Shown here piece after piece: positions 20,025 to 30,117 of a DNA stretch of 64,000 bases. The notes beneath the pieces are model-generated. The model did no database searches, had not been told where the DNA came from, and saw only the letters and a program-made list of their open reading frames with translations. Positions within the stretch are counted from its first letter, which is position 1, and each line of letters starts with the position of its first letter. The DNA lies in the IMG/VR virus record IMGVR_UViG_3300026085_000093, positions 64,001 through 128,000 of that record. One strand, 5' to 3'. This DNA is from a virus. Its lineage: Duplodnaviria; Caudoviricetes. The translations under genes were made by a program, and so were the position numbers.

Positions 20025-21237
20025 TCCAATACTCCTTAAATTGCGGAGCAGCACTAATAAAATCTGTATTTCTTATTTTATCTAAATCAATAATGTATTC
20101 TTTAAAATATTTCCACAATTTCTGTTGTTCTGCATGTTCTGGCTTTTTAAGTTGTTGTGCTAATTTGGTTATACCTACAGAATAGTAATTATCCTGGCCT
20201 GGCCATTTTATTTTATCATCAATATCTTCAATCATAGATGCTGCTTGTTCTTTCATTTCTGCACTTAACACATCTAAACTAAGATAGGCAGGATTAACAA
20301 CTGTATTTGAAAAACTAAAACTACAAAAATCTTTATATTTTTGAACAAAATTCCAAGCATCTCTAATGGCAAATACATTTGCAGCCATTGTTGTAAATGT
20401 TATACACACTTCTTCAAGGTTATCAAATGTTTTAAGTTTTTCAATCATGTTCTCAACAACAGATATGTCATAATTATTGCCGCCTCTTGTATAGTTGTAC
20501 AGTTCTCCTGTACCTTCTATACTAATATAAAATATAAGACTTTTAAACTGTCGTAAATGATCAAACAATTGCTCATCATCTACTGTAGCATTTGTGCTTA
20601 TGTCAATAGTAACTTGTTTATTAAGTCCTAAGTCAATTAGCTTTTGTAAAATTGCTCGATTTTTAGGCTCATACATTGGTTCGCCGCCGCGTATAGCAAC
20701 ATAACACAAATCTTCAAACACACTAGTATCGGCAAAAATGTTATCTATTACAGAATCATCTAACACAAAATGTCCATAATCGCTGTTTCTCCAATAACCT
20801 GTCATATTTTTAAGTAATTTTTTTTCATCTGCAACCCATGCTGTGCTAACTGCACCACTACAATGTATACATTTTAAGTTGCATTTGTTACTAGGAATAA
20901 CATCAAGCATTAAAAAACTAGGTGTGTTAATATCTGTTACTATAGGTTTATTATTATAGCAGGTTGCTCGGTCAACAAATAGTGTTTCAAAAAACAATCT
21001 ACGACTGTGTCCACTTAGTTCTTCTTTTTTATAACACTTTTCGCAGCCTTTGTTTTGTTGAAACTGTGAATGATCTTTTCTTAGTTGTGTCCAAGGATTG
21101 TCATTCCATATGTCCACTAAAGAATTATTATTTAAATTACCTAGTGGAACTTTATAAATTGCATCAGGCTTTACATTGCCATCATAATCAATGGCAACGC
21201 ATTTAAACGGCGCAATGCAGTTATAGTTATTAAGCAA
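20017..21237 (-). CDS. twitch-domain radical SAM protein (CC replaced by DA)
   Basis: CIAPF...KPDA...CEKC...SRR, CNLKCIHC, RGGEP; TTG start with AGGAGG SD. Confidence 0.9.
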   Translation of the reverse strand: MLNNYNCIAPFKCVAIDYDGNVKPDAIYKVPLGNLNNNSLVDIWNDNPWTQLRKDHSQFQQNKGCEKCYKKEELSGHSRRLFFETLFVDRATCYNNKPIVTDINTPSFLMLDVIPSNKCNLKCIHCSGAVSTAWVADEKKLLKNMTGYWRNSDYGHFVLDDSVIDNIFADTSVFEDLCYVAIRGGEPMYEPKNRAILQKLIDLGLNKQVTIDISTNATVDDEQLFDHLRQFKSLIFYISIEGTGELYNYTRGGNNYDISVVENMIEKLKTFDNLEEVCITFTTMAANVFAIRDAWNFVQKYKDFCSFSFSNTVVNPAYLSLDVLSAEMKEQAASMIEDIDDKIKWPGQDNYYSVGITKLAQQLKKPEHAEQQKLWKYFKEYIIDLDKIRNTDFISAAPQFKEYWNE

Positions 21238-22276
21238 AATAGTCCTCCTGAGAACCTTGTCTTGCTAAATCTTGTGTTACACAATGCACACCACCATCCC
21301 AAAAATACTGATGTCTAAAGTTCCAGTAGATAGGTGTAATACCTTGTTTTTCCATTCTTGCAAATGCTTCTTTGTTTGTGCCAGTGCAAATAACATACTC
21401 TTCAGACACACTTAACACATTTACATCAAAAACTGTTTCATCTACGTAACCTGTCCAATGACTAAAATATTCATCGATAAAATCTTTGTAAAAACGTTGT
21501 TTACGCATTTTATCAAATTCGTCTGGAAGTTCTGTTTCGCTAGACACTTCAATAATATCCCAGTTTTGTAATTTTTCTGGTATCCATTTTTTGTTCCATG
21601 TCATTAGTACACCCGGCTTTAATAGTGCAATCTTGCCGTCACAGTGTCCGCCAACAGCAACTTCGTTCCATCTAAACTCATCGCCTAGTTCTTTTTTCAG
21701 CCACTCTAATCCAACATCGGTACCTTTGCCTTTTTTAAGATCTTTATTACCACTTTGAGAATGAAACAAATCTTTACCACACTTAATAATGTTTGCAGCA
21801 TGGAACATAATTTGATCGTTTTCATTATATGGAGGTGCTTTGCTTGTAAGTTTTGCCATAGGCATACTTAACCATCTATAACCATTGTCGTAGAATTGCC
21901 TACTAATATCTGTATATGCAAGATTTTCAAAAAATCTGCCGCCGCTTGCTGTATAGTGCTCTACGATAGTGTTGCCAAACACACCTAAAACATCTCTTGG
22001 CATAAGTGGATGGTTAGGAAAATGACTACCAAACCATGGCGTTTGTACAGTTGCTTTATCCCAACTATATTGCATTAGATTGTTAGGACGATGTACTGTA
22101 ACATCTAAATCTTCAAGTATCTTTACTAAAGATTCTAAGTCTTCAGCAGTTTCTTCATTTACACGTTTAAGTAAATCTCTTGCATCTGGGTCAGGAACAT
22201 CGTTAAAATCTTCAGCATTGTAAGTGCCGCCTACAATGATATCAGTAAGTTTTTGAAATTCGGTAAAAGTTGCCAA
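21230..22276 (-). CDS. amidinotransferase (glycine/inosamine-phosphate amidinotransferase family)
   Basis: PRD, GHCDG and GGVHCVT motifs; FHAAN in place of FDAA[DN]. Confidence 0.85.
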   Translation of the reverse strand: MATFTEFQKLTDIIVGGTYNAEDFNDVPDPDARDLLKRVNEETAEDLESLVKILEDLDVTVHRPNNLMQYSWDKATVQTPWFGSHFPNHPLMPRDVLGVFGNTIVEHYTASGGRFFENLAYTDISRQFYDNGYRWLSMPMAKLTSKAPPYNENDQIMFHAANIIKCGKDLFHSQSGNKDLKKGKGTDVGLEWLKKELGDEFRWNEVAVGGHCDGKIALLKPGVLMTWNKKWIPEKLQNWDIIEVSSETELPDEFDKMRKQRFYKDFIDEYFSHWTGYVDETVFDVNVLSVSEEYVICTGTNKEAFARMEKQGITPIYWNFRHQYFWDGGVHCVTQDLARQGSQEDYFA

Positions 22277-22302
22277 TATAGTTCTCCATTAATATTAGCA
22301 TA

Positions 22303-23490
22303 CTAGCACAAATTTCCTGTATTGTCAATAGGTAAAACCTTCTTATAGTCTAATCCTGTAACTGCATCCATATCTGCCGATCTTTTAAGAAGTTCATTCC
22401 ATAATTGTAAATTAGTTTCGCCGCCTTTTAATGCTTGCATAATTGCACGTTTATGAAACGGCTGTACATTACCCCAAGTTTCCATTTTGTCTATAAGGTG
22501 CTGTTTATACTTTTCTGGCATTGTACCAATAGATGTGTATTCTGGCCATCTAATACAATCTACTGAGTGCTTATCTTTGTGTATGATATTTTGCACCCAT
22601 TCAGATAATTCATTAAAACTCCAAATAGAAAATACACTTAAACAACTATGTACACCAAAAATTAAATTAACATCTAAATTTAAATAATTTTTTACATTTT
22701 CTTCAATTTCGTTCCAATTACTTAAAGTACGATTATAGTCATTACCATAACCGTAGCCATCAATTGAAAAACAAAGTTCAACACTTTTACATTTTTTCCA
22801 AACTTCGATATCTTCTTTTGTAGGAAATTTAGTTGCGTTTGTATGATAGACTATAGATACGTCAGACAAATCATCATATTTTCCTAAGTCTTGTAAAAAT
22901 GGCGAATGTTCTGGAGACATAAATGGTTCGCCTCCAAGTATTTTAATCATTGTTGGTTTGTTAAACTTAGTTAAATCAAAGTTTCGAACTGTATTAACTT
23001 CTGGTTTAACTTTACCACCTTGATTGTAATAATAATCAGGCACATGGTGCTTCATACTATCTGTTCTAGGAGCATCTTTCCATGCAGCATTATACAATCT
23101 TGCCCATGCTGTGCTTTCGTCTACATTACACATTCTACATGCAAGATTACAATGATTACTTAAAAATACTTCTAAATAGTCTAGTTCAAATTTATCTTCT
23201 ATATATCCGTAAAGTTGGTTAAAGTGCATACGCATATTGCGTCCACCTAGTTTTTCCTCTTCCCAACATTTAGAACATTCTTGCAATTTTTCGCCAGCCT
23301 TCATTCTGTCTCTAATTTTTTGGAAATATTCAGGATGATTTACTGCTTCTTCCGGAGGCAAAAACTTGTACTGTTTAAATTCGCTTTCTCCAAATGCTTT
23401 AAATCTACAACAAGGTAGAACTGTAGGTTTGCCATCAGCAGCGCCAATCGCCATATGCTTCCAAGGCAATACACAACTGTTCTTACTCAT
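22303..23490 (-). CDS. twitch-domain radical SAM protein
   Basis: SCVLPW...PCC...CSKC, CNLACRMC, LGGEP. Confidence 0.92.
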   Translation of the reverse strand: MSKNSCVLPWKHMAIGAADGKPTVLPCCRFKAFGESEFKQYKFLPPEEAVNHPEYFQKIRDRMKAGEKLQECSKCWEEEKLGGRNMRMHFNQLYGYIEDKFELDYLEVFLSNHCNLACRMCNVDESTAWARLYNAAWKDAPRTDSMKHHVPDYYYNQGGKVKPEVNTVRNFDLTKFNKPTMIKILGGEPFMSPEHSPFLQDLGKYDDLSDVSIVYHTNATKFPTKEDIEVWKKCKSVELCFSIDGYGYGNDYNRTLSNWNEIEENVKNYLNLDVNLIFGVHSCLSVFSIWSFNELSEWVQNIIHKDKHSVDCIRWPEYTSIGTMPEKYKQHLIDKMETWGNVQPFHKRAIMQALKGGETNLQLWNELLKRSADMDAVTGLDYKKVLPIDNTGNLC

Positions 23491-24892
23491 TAAATATATC
23501 TTTCATTTCAGGAAATGTTTCTGCAAATGTTATGCCACGTTGCTTGTCACATAAGTCTAAAAATTCTTTCATTTCAGGCAAACGTCTGCTCCAATCTTCT
23601 GATTCCATAAAGCTAAGAATACCATTAAGACGTTTTATTCCATATTCTGCACTACGAAATTGTTCGTATGTAACTTTACCTTTGTGCCAACTAGGAATAC
23701 CAAGTTCCCAATTTTGCTCCCACCAAGGATACCATGCTTCATACTTGCGTCTCGTTTCTTCTTTGAACCATTTGGGCAATACTTTTACGTTTAGATGCGC
23801 AGGCCAATAAACAAAGTGCTGACTAATACCACCTGCGCCGAAGGGCCACATGTTTATCTTTTTAAAACCTTGTTCTAATTTCCATTGAATAAAGTCTGGA
23901 AGATAATATACATTAAGTGCTTGTACTGCACATGCAATAGTAACTTCTACATTATCACTAGTTTGTGTATCTAAAATATGAAACACTTCTTCTTGACGTT
24001 TCCATTCGCTTGGATAACGAATGTAACTATTCATTTCTTTAATACTATCTATCGAATAGTGAAAACGCACAAGTTTGAATTCTCGCCATAAATCAAATAA
24101 ATCCTCTCTCCATTCAACTCCATTTGAGTTGTAACGTAGTTCAAGATCTTTTGCATAGCCCATTTTAATTGCATGTTCAAGTATTTCATAATGTTCCTCA
24201 ATAATAAGACTCTCGCCGCCAGCAAAATAAATCTGCTGCATACTTGGCATTTGTTCATAGAATTGTTCCCAGAACACAGGATTTTGTTTGTGCCAGTTGT
24301 AACTACTTCCGTTTGTACTACCTTTGTTTTCCCATTGCATAATTTCTTTGAGAGACTCATTTTTAACAGCAGGAAAAATTGCTTTCCAATCTTTAATCCA
24401 TCCTGAACTATCATGCGGTGAACACATTACACATGCAAGTTGGCATTTTGTTCCAAAACGTAAATCAATATATGCTAAGTTTGGAGGAACACTGCCGTCT
24501 TCATTTGTTTCTTGTAGAATTTTATCTACATCAACACGCTGACTCCAGTAGTCTGTTTCCCACATACGTTTACTACGATGACCTGCTGCTTCTTCCTTAA
24601 AACATTTTAAACAACTAGGTGGTTTTTCACCAGCAAGCATTTGCTTGCGTACATTCTTCATGTATGTGCTGTTCCAAGCACTTTGAAAGTCACTTACATT
24701 TAAATTGTTAGGTCGTCCTTCTTCATCTTTGAGAATACCTACTTGTCCGCCATGTTCTTTATCATTTGTTGCACCAACTGAACTTGCATTTGCTGTGCAA
24801 CATACCCGCATACTACCGTCTGGCCTTGTGCTTAAATGCACCCAAGGTAATAAACAAAATGTGTCGCTAATCTTTGTGTGTTTTGTATCCAT
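23483..24892 (-). CDS. twitch-domain radical SAM protein
   Basis: FCLLPW...RVCC...CLKC...SKR, CQLACVMC, AGGES. Confidence 0.92.
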   Translation of the reverse strand: MDTKHTKISDTFCLLPWVHLSTRPDGSMRVCCTANASSVGATNDKEHGGQVGILKDEEGRPNNLNVSDFQSAWNSTYMKNVRKQMLAGEKPPSCLKCFKEEAAGHRSKRMWETDYWSQRVDVDKILQETNEDGSVPPNLAYIDLRFGTKCQLACVMCSPHDSSGWIKDWKAIFPAVKNESLKEIMQWENKGSTNGSSYNWHKQNPVFWEQFYEQMPSMQQIYFAGGESLIIEEHYEILEHAIKMGYAKDLELRYNSNGVEWREDLFDLWREFKLVRFHYSIDSIKEMNSYIRYPSEWKRQEEVFHILDTQTSDNVEVTIACAVQALNVYYLPDFIQWKLEQGFKKINMWPFGAGGISQHFVYWPAHLNVKVLPKWFKEETRRKYEAWYPWWEQNWELGIPSWHKGKVTYEQFRSAEYGIKRLNGILSFMESEDWSRRLPEMKEFLDLCDKQRGITFAETFPEMKDIFNE

Positions 24893-25145
24893 TGTTTATC
24901 GCTTTACAAAATTTTTTGCATATAGGATCAGGATTTGTTTCCCAACCTTCAGTATTAAAATGCTTACTGAATGCTTCACTATCTATTATAGCATCTAATC
25001 CATTTTTTGCAATAGAATTCCAATCTTTATTTAAACTTTTTATGTAAGGAGACATGTCAGGTTCAGTCAGTGTCCAGCAACATGGCCAGGCATGTCCGTC
25101 GGTATCTATAATAATGCCTTTTGTCCTACATTTAATTTTTGTCAT
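24867..25145 (-). CDS. stand-alone SPASM/twitch domain protein
   Basis: KC...DTDGHAWPCCW...ICKKFC matches the C-terminal domains of 5155-6114 and 28830-29897. Confidence 0.75.
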   Translation of the reverse strand: MTKIKCRTKGIIIDTDGHAWPCCWTLTEPDMSPYIKSLNKDWNSIAKNGLDAIIDSEAFSKHFNTEGWETNPDPICKKFCKAINNGYKTHKD

Positions 25146-25791
25146 ACCATTTCCATTCCCCTACTTGATCTGCCCAAGCAAAGACTTGTTCTTTCATTTC
25201 TTTATCTACAATTTTATAATCCCAATCTCTAGTGTTTAATTTTATGTCCATTTCTAATTTATTTTTTCTTGCTAATTCAATAGCTTTAGGTACACTTTCA
25301 TAATTAAACGTAAAAACTAAAAAGTCCCAACATACTACTGCACCCGATTTATTTGCAGCAATCATATGCTCCCATGCTCTGTCAAAATCTACATCAATTC
25401 TATATTTACTACTCTGTTCTGCTGTTATACCATCTATACCAAAATTTAAACGTAGTTGATCTTTCCAACGTTTTGCTATACTTACATACCAATCCTTCTG
25501 TCTTAGGCCGCCGTTTGTTGCTACTTGAACTTCTCTACCTGAAGCACATCCGTAATCTATCATTTCCTCTATATCAGGATGCATTAATGGATCGCCGTAG
25601 TCTCCGCAAAAATAAATTACCTTAACACCACTCGGTGTAGTGTCTATCATCTTCTTATAAGTTTCTAAGGGAAAATGTCTATATACTAATTTGCCCTCTG
25701 CATCTAACTCTGTTCTTGGACATAAAGGACATTTTGCTTGGCAGTAAGTTGTAGGACTAAATTCTAATGTTTCAAACTTTCTGTAATCCAC
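25132..25791 (-). CDS. radical SAM core domain (SPASM in next gene)
   Basis: CQAKCPLC, GDYGDP, TNGG, GIDG, WDFLVF; ends where its paralogs continue into SPASM. Confidence 0.88.
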   Translation of the reverse strand: MDYRKFETLEFSPTTYCQAKCPLCPRTELDAEGKLVYRHFPLETYKKMIDTTPSGVKVIYFCGDYGDPLMHPDIEEMIDYGCASGREVQVATNGGLRQKDWYVSIAKRWKDQLRLNFGIDGITAEQSSKYRIDVDFDRAWEHMIAANKSGAVVCWDFLVFTFNYESVPKAIELARKNKLEMDIKLNTRDWDYKIVDKEMKEQVFAWADQVGEWKWYDKN

Positions 25792-27116
25792 TAAACATAT
25801 TCCTCTAATTCAGGAAAATAATCTAACATTTTTTTATTGTTAATACGTTCACAGAGTTTAATATATTTTGTAGATCTTTCAGATAATTTTTCTTGACCGT
25901 TAAAATTATTTTTCATATAATTTAAACAATCATTTGTAAAGTATTCCCACCTGTCAATAAAATCTTTATTATTTGTCGACAGTTTTACTTTTTCAATACT
26001 GTCTTGCATTTCGTCTATACATCTTTGTCTAATAGAATCTGGTAATTCTAAACTAGATACAGGATTATCTAGTACTAGACTAGTATGAAACAATAAATCA
26101 TACTCTAACCAATTGTTTAAAATATCAGTCCAACGTAAAGCACTAAACATATTAAATGTTACAGTACCTTTTAGAATAATATTATTTAGATTGAAATTTT
26201 TTATTCTACGTAAGTTATTTTTTACAAGTTCAATATCTCCACGCATTCTAAAAAAATCATATGTATCAAACGATGCATCTATACTACAAACAATTTCTAC
26301 TTCTTTAAATTGCATCCAGTATTTTAAATATTTTGATATATCTTTGACGTTTAAATTTGTATTGTATACTAATTTTTGATCTTGCGGATTTTTACTTGTC
26401 ATATATTCTAGCCAGTCTATATGTTCTGGAGTGAGTAGAGGTTCGCCGCCTGTAAAATGAATCATAGACGCAGATGCAAGTAATTCTTTTATATCCTCTT
26501 TATAACTACTTTCGCTATTAAGAGCAACTTTAAATAATTTAGAAATATTTTTATGTGTAACAGGTTCGTATAAATCATCTACTTCTTTACCAACATCATA
26601 TGATGTTTCTTCATATATGTCAAAGGTTTCTTTATCAGTTAAACTTGTTACCCATAATGTACTACTATTCGGACCGCAATGCATACACTGTAAATTACAC
26701 AAGTTGCTAGGTCTTATTTCTATTCTTTCAAGATCAGTAAGTCTAGATTCGACTGGATTATTTTTAATAAAATCTATTAGGGCGTCTTTATCTTCAACTT
26801 GTCTTTCAAAATCACCAAAGAAATCCATTCTAGGAGATTTACTATTAGAGTCTTCTGCATTCCAACAACTTACACAATTTTTATTTCTTTCTCCGCAATA
26901 AAGATCATTTCTAATATCTTTATAGTCATCATTGTTAAAAAGTTGTGTAAAAGGTTGCTTCTTCCAATTACCTACACGTTCTCTACCTCTGTAACAAGTA
27001 TACACAGAACCAGACTGATCTAAGTCAGCATTTATATAAGGTGCAAAGCAAAAAGTATCAGGATTTAATCCTAATCTTTCTAATTCGCTTCGCATATCTT
27101 CGAGTGTTTTTATCAT
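25791..27116 (-). CDS. twitch-domain radical SAM protein
   Basis: FCFAPY...TCY...CVSC...SPR, CNLQCMHC, TGGEP. Confidence 0.92.
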   Translation of the reverse strand: MIKTLEDMRSELERLGLNPDTFCFAPYINADLDQSGSVYTCYRGRERVGNWKKQPFTQLFNNDDYKDIRNDLYCGERNKNCVSCWNAEDSNSKSPRMDFFGDFERQVEDKDALIDFIKNNPVESRLTDLERIEIRPSNLCNLQCMHCGPNSSTLWVTSLTDKETFDIYEETSYDVGKEVDDLYEPVTHKNISKLFKVALNSESSYKEDIKELLASASMIHFTGGEPLLTPEHIDWLEYMTSKNPQDQKLVYNTNLNVKDISKYLKYWMQFKEVEIVCSIDASFDTYDFFRMRGDIELVKNNLRRIKNFNLNNIILKGTVTFNMFSALRWTDILNNWLEYDLLFHTSLVLDNPVSSLELPDSIRQRCIDEMQDSIEKVKLSTNNKDFIDRWEYFTNDCLNYMKNNFNGQEKLSERSTKYIKLCERINNKKMLDYFPELEEYV

Positions 27117-28111
27117 ACGTCTTCGTATTCCATAGGATTGTGTTTTTCTAATATTTCTTCTGCTTTACAAAACAAAGGATCAGAATCATCTTTTCTAAAA
27201 ACCATATTATCATATCTTTCTGCATCCTTTTCTTTGATTACTATATATTCATCATGTTCAGGACTTAAAGGATTATCAGGAAAACACCCAGAAGGAATAA
27301 CAACAGGATCATATCCTCTTTCAATAAGATGGTATAGCAGCCTTTGTTTTTGTTCTTCATCTTTCCATTTTGTATGAAAAATATTTTCACAGTCTTTTGA
27401 AGCAAGCCATGCTTCTGTAAGATTGCCCATTCGCATACTCATTTTAATATAAGTCTTATCACTGTGCTTAATTGTATTATCAATAACAAATGCTAATTTA
27501 CTTTTACTTGGTCGTAACACACTTCTATGTCTGCGTTTAGCAAATCTAAATAATATAGATCTTTTGGTATCAACAATGTCATCTACACAATGCCAACTGT
27601 AATTAGTAGCAGGTATAGCATAAAAGAAGTTAGGTTTCTGAGGTACTTGACTGTGCATTTCTCCATGTTTGTCTACTGTCCATGCACCTTGATTACCGTA
27701 ATCAAAATAAATTTGACAAGTTACTAACCACCTAAAGTCTTTTAAATCATTGTGTGTTTCTATAAAACTACCGTCAAGGTCGTGATGATAATTTACATAA
27801 AAACTATCATGATCAAAATCTTTACCATAAATTACTTTTTTTAGTTTAGGCAATTCATCAAGTATAGTGTCAAATGCAGGATAAAATTGTTCTTGTTTTC
27901 CTTCATCAATACCGTCTTCATAATCTGCAATTTCTAATGGTAAAACATAATTATTTTCAGAAATACCTTTTGCTTCATGAGTGCCTTCGAGTTTTGCATA
28001 TTGATAAATTTTATCGTAAGGATACGTTTTATCTAGGTAAGAAAATGTCGCATCATTAAAAAACTTTTCTTTTGTGTAGTATGTAAACGGATCTGAATGT
28101 ATCTCTATCAT
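27113..28111 (-). CDS. 2OG-Fe(II) oxygenase with C-terminal extension
   Basis: ETHND (HxD), TCQIYF, SWHCV...KRS. Confidence 0.7.
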   Translation of the reverse strand: MIEIHSDPFTYYTKEKFFNDATFSYLDKTYPYDKIYQYAKLEGTHEAKGISENNYVLPLEIADYEDGIDEGKQEQFYPAFDTILDELPKLKKVIYGKDFDHDSFYVNYHHDLDGSFIETHNDLKDFRWLVTCQIYFDYGNQGAWTVDKHGEMHSQVPQKPNFFYAIPATNYSWHCVDDIVDTKRSILFRFAKRRHRSVLRPSKSKLAFVIDNTIKHSDKTYIKMSMRMGNLTEAWLASKDCENIFHTKWKDEEQKQRLLYHLIERGYDPVVIPSGCFPDNPLSPEHDEYIVIKEKDAERYDNMVFRKDDSDPLFCKAEEILEKHNPMEYEDV

Positions 28112-28833
28112 ATTTTATCCTTCAATCTATCTAGTATTATATCAGAAAAAGCATCATGTGCTTCCTCAAGTGGATGCCCGCCGTAACCTATAGCATAATT
28201 GTTACGTTTAGCCCAATCTTCTAAACTATCGGTTTTTGGATCTAACAACCAAACTTTGTCACTCCAATCAATTTTATTATATATAGGACAACTATTTCTT
28301 AAATAGGAAAGATTATCAGGAAATATATCTAGATGTAGTTCTTTTAGTCCGTTTACCATAAAATAAGGTATATCTGCCAATCTTAAGGCTGTTTGAATTT
28401 GGTGTACTTGATATAAAAATTCTATACAGTTTGCCCTATAAGTTCTAACTAACACTGCATATTTTTTAAGTGCTAGATTTGTTTTACTATACTGGTTTGC
28501 ATGAAACATTCTCCATATAGTCCTATCATGATGTTTATCAATAGGTCCTAATTTTTGTAAAGTAACTTTTCTATATCCATCGGTTGTCTCTAAACTATCT
28601 TGTACAAAATGTTCAAATCTTGTAGGAGACGTCCATTGTATAACTGCTGCTTTAATATTTTCATCTAAATTTGCAAATGTAGTTCTTATAATCCTATGAT
28701 TACTGCCGCCGGGTGTTCCTAAATTTTTAAAATCTTGATTTAATTTTTTTCCTGCAAGTGCAGCAAAACATGTATTTTTAGGATCTCCTAATTCATCGCC
28801 GTATGTAAAACTGCATCCATTAAATAATATCAT
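28108..28833 (-). CDS. SGNH/GDSL-like protein
   Basis: FNGCSFTYG (block I variant), GGSN, C-terminal GHP. Confidence 0.6.
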   Translation of the reverse strand: MILFNGCSFTYGDELGDPKNTCFAALAGKKLNQDFKNLGTPGGSNHRIIRTTFANLDENIKAAVIQWTSPTRFEHFVQDSLETTDGYRKVTLQKLGPIDKHHDRTIWRMFHANQYSKTNLALKKYAVLVRTYRANCIEFLYQVHQIQTALRLADIPYFMVNGLKELHLDIFPDNLSYLRNSCPIYNKIDWSDKVWLLDPKTDSLEDWAKRNNYAIGYGGHPLEEAHDAFSDIILDRLKDKI

Positions 28834-29897
28834 TTAAATTGCTCCGCAAATGGATCAAATTCTGCACCGCACTTCATAGCACAAACTTTTAATTTACCTG
28901 CAAAACAACTTGGCTTATCCCAACTATCTTGTATAGCGTCAAATATACCCGTTTCAAAAACTTTTTCTAATCCATTACGTGCATCTAGTTTAGTTTTATC
29001 TTCAATAAAATCCCATATCTGTTCTACCTTAGGATCTTTATGCCACCACTTGTACATACGTCCAGCAGTCCAACAACAAGGCAATGCTAATCCTTCTGCT
29101 GTTATAAACAGACTGTTTTCTTTTTTTACTTTACATATAACAGGAACAGCATTGTAGTATGCATCCATACTGCCATATTTTTCTATAATTTTATCCTGTT
29201 TAGTTAAAGCTTTGTTTTGATACTTTTCATCGGGCTTTTTTAGTTCAGTAGTTTCTTTGCCTTTACGATCAACTGCTTGGTGCGATTCTTTCTTTTTAGA
29301 ATCTTGTGTAATAAACCTGCCAGTTTTCTTTTTCATAAACTTTTCACACCCCCAAACATTAGCAAGTTTTTCTGCTTCTTCTACTTGATGTTGATTGTGT
29401 TCAAAAATAAGGAAATCCCAACGTGCTCTGCCACCAGCATCGATAAATGCTCGCATGTTGCGTTCTACATTGTCCCAGACAACACCCTGCCTGTATAAGT
29501 GATTAGTATCCCTAAGACCGTCCACGCTAAAAATAACAGTGCCCATTCTACCAAAGACTTGGGCCAATTCACGCCACCACGTTTCACTTTTTGCTCCTCC
29601 GTTTGTATTCATGCTTAACCACATATTAGGGTTATGCTTTCTAAAATATTTGAATATTTCAAGTGTATCTCGTGCAACAATAGGATCTCCTAAATTACCA
29701 CACATGTACATTGTGTCCAATTGTTTTATAAAGGAAGCATTAAATATCTTTACGCAATCTTCATAGTACAATTCATCAAGGTTAATATGAGGATTTATTC
29801 CTTCACCATTCATATTTCGATCACACATTGGACAACTGGCTTGACAGTTCTGTGTAACTTCTAAATGAATAGTTTTAATATCTTCATAATTATACAT
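28830..29897 (-). CDS. radical SAM protein with C-terminal SPASM/twitch domain
   Basis: CQASCPMC, GNLGDP, TNGG, SVDG, PCCW...VCAMKC. Confidence 0.92.
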   Translation of the reverse strand: MYNYEDIKTIHLEVTQNCQASCPMCDRNMNGEGINPHINLDELYYEDCVKIFNASFIKQLDTMYMCGNLGDPIVARDTLEIFKYFRKHNPNMWLSMNTNGGAKSETWWRELAQVFGRMGTVIFSVDGLRDTNHLYRQGVVWDNVERNMRAFIDAGGRARWDFLIFEHNQHQVEEAEKLANVWGCEKFMKKKTGRFITQDSKKKESHQAVDRKGKETTELKKPDEKYQNKALTKQDKIIEKYGSMDAYYNAVPVICKVKKENSLFITAEGLALPCCWTAGRMYKWWHKDPKVEQIWDFIEDKTKLDARNGLEKVFETGIFDAIQDSWDKPSCFAGKLKVCAMKCGAEFDPFAEQFK

Positions 29898-30117
29898 TAT
29901 CGTATACTAACTCCACATCCACGCCAGGGCCAACTTTACTAGGTAAATCACCATACTGATCGATATACCAGTGTATGACAGCACAATACCAGTTCCAACT
30001 ATTATGGTGTGCTTCTTTGTTAAACTGCCATATGTTGTTATTGGTTGCTTGCATTGTACTCAGTGCTCTTGCACATTCTAATTGCAACTGTCTAGTTGTA
30101 AACTTACTTAAATCCAA
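29890..30117 (-). CDS. small hypothetical protein (75 aa)
   Basis: Fills the gap between co-directional genes with short overlaps at both ends; TTG start. Confidence 0.6.
   Translation of the reverse strand: MDLSKFTTRQLQLECARALSTMQATNNNIWQFNKEAHHNSWNWYCAVIHWYIDQYGDLPSKVGPGVDVELVYDNV

Noticed and set aside
22277-22302. Possible terminator or hairpin in the small intergenic gap
   Set aside because: Only a weak stem and a short TAGCA direct repeat are present, with no U-tract. I saw no convincing intrinsic terminator, tRNA or rRNA anywhere in the window.
25132-25165. Programmed frameshift joining the split radical SAM and SPASM ORFs
   Set aside because: The downstream frame has a TAG six codons before its own ATG and no convincing +1 shift signal, so independent initiation is simpler (a sequencing indel still needs checking).
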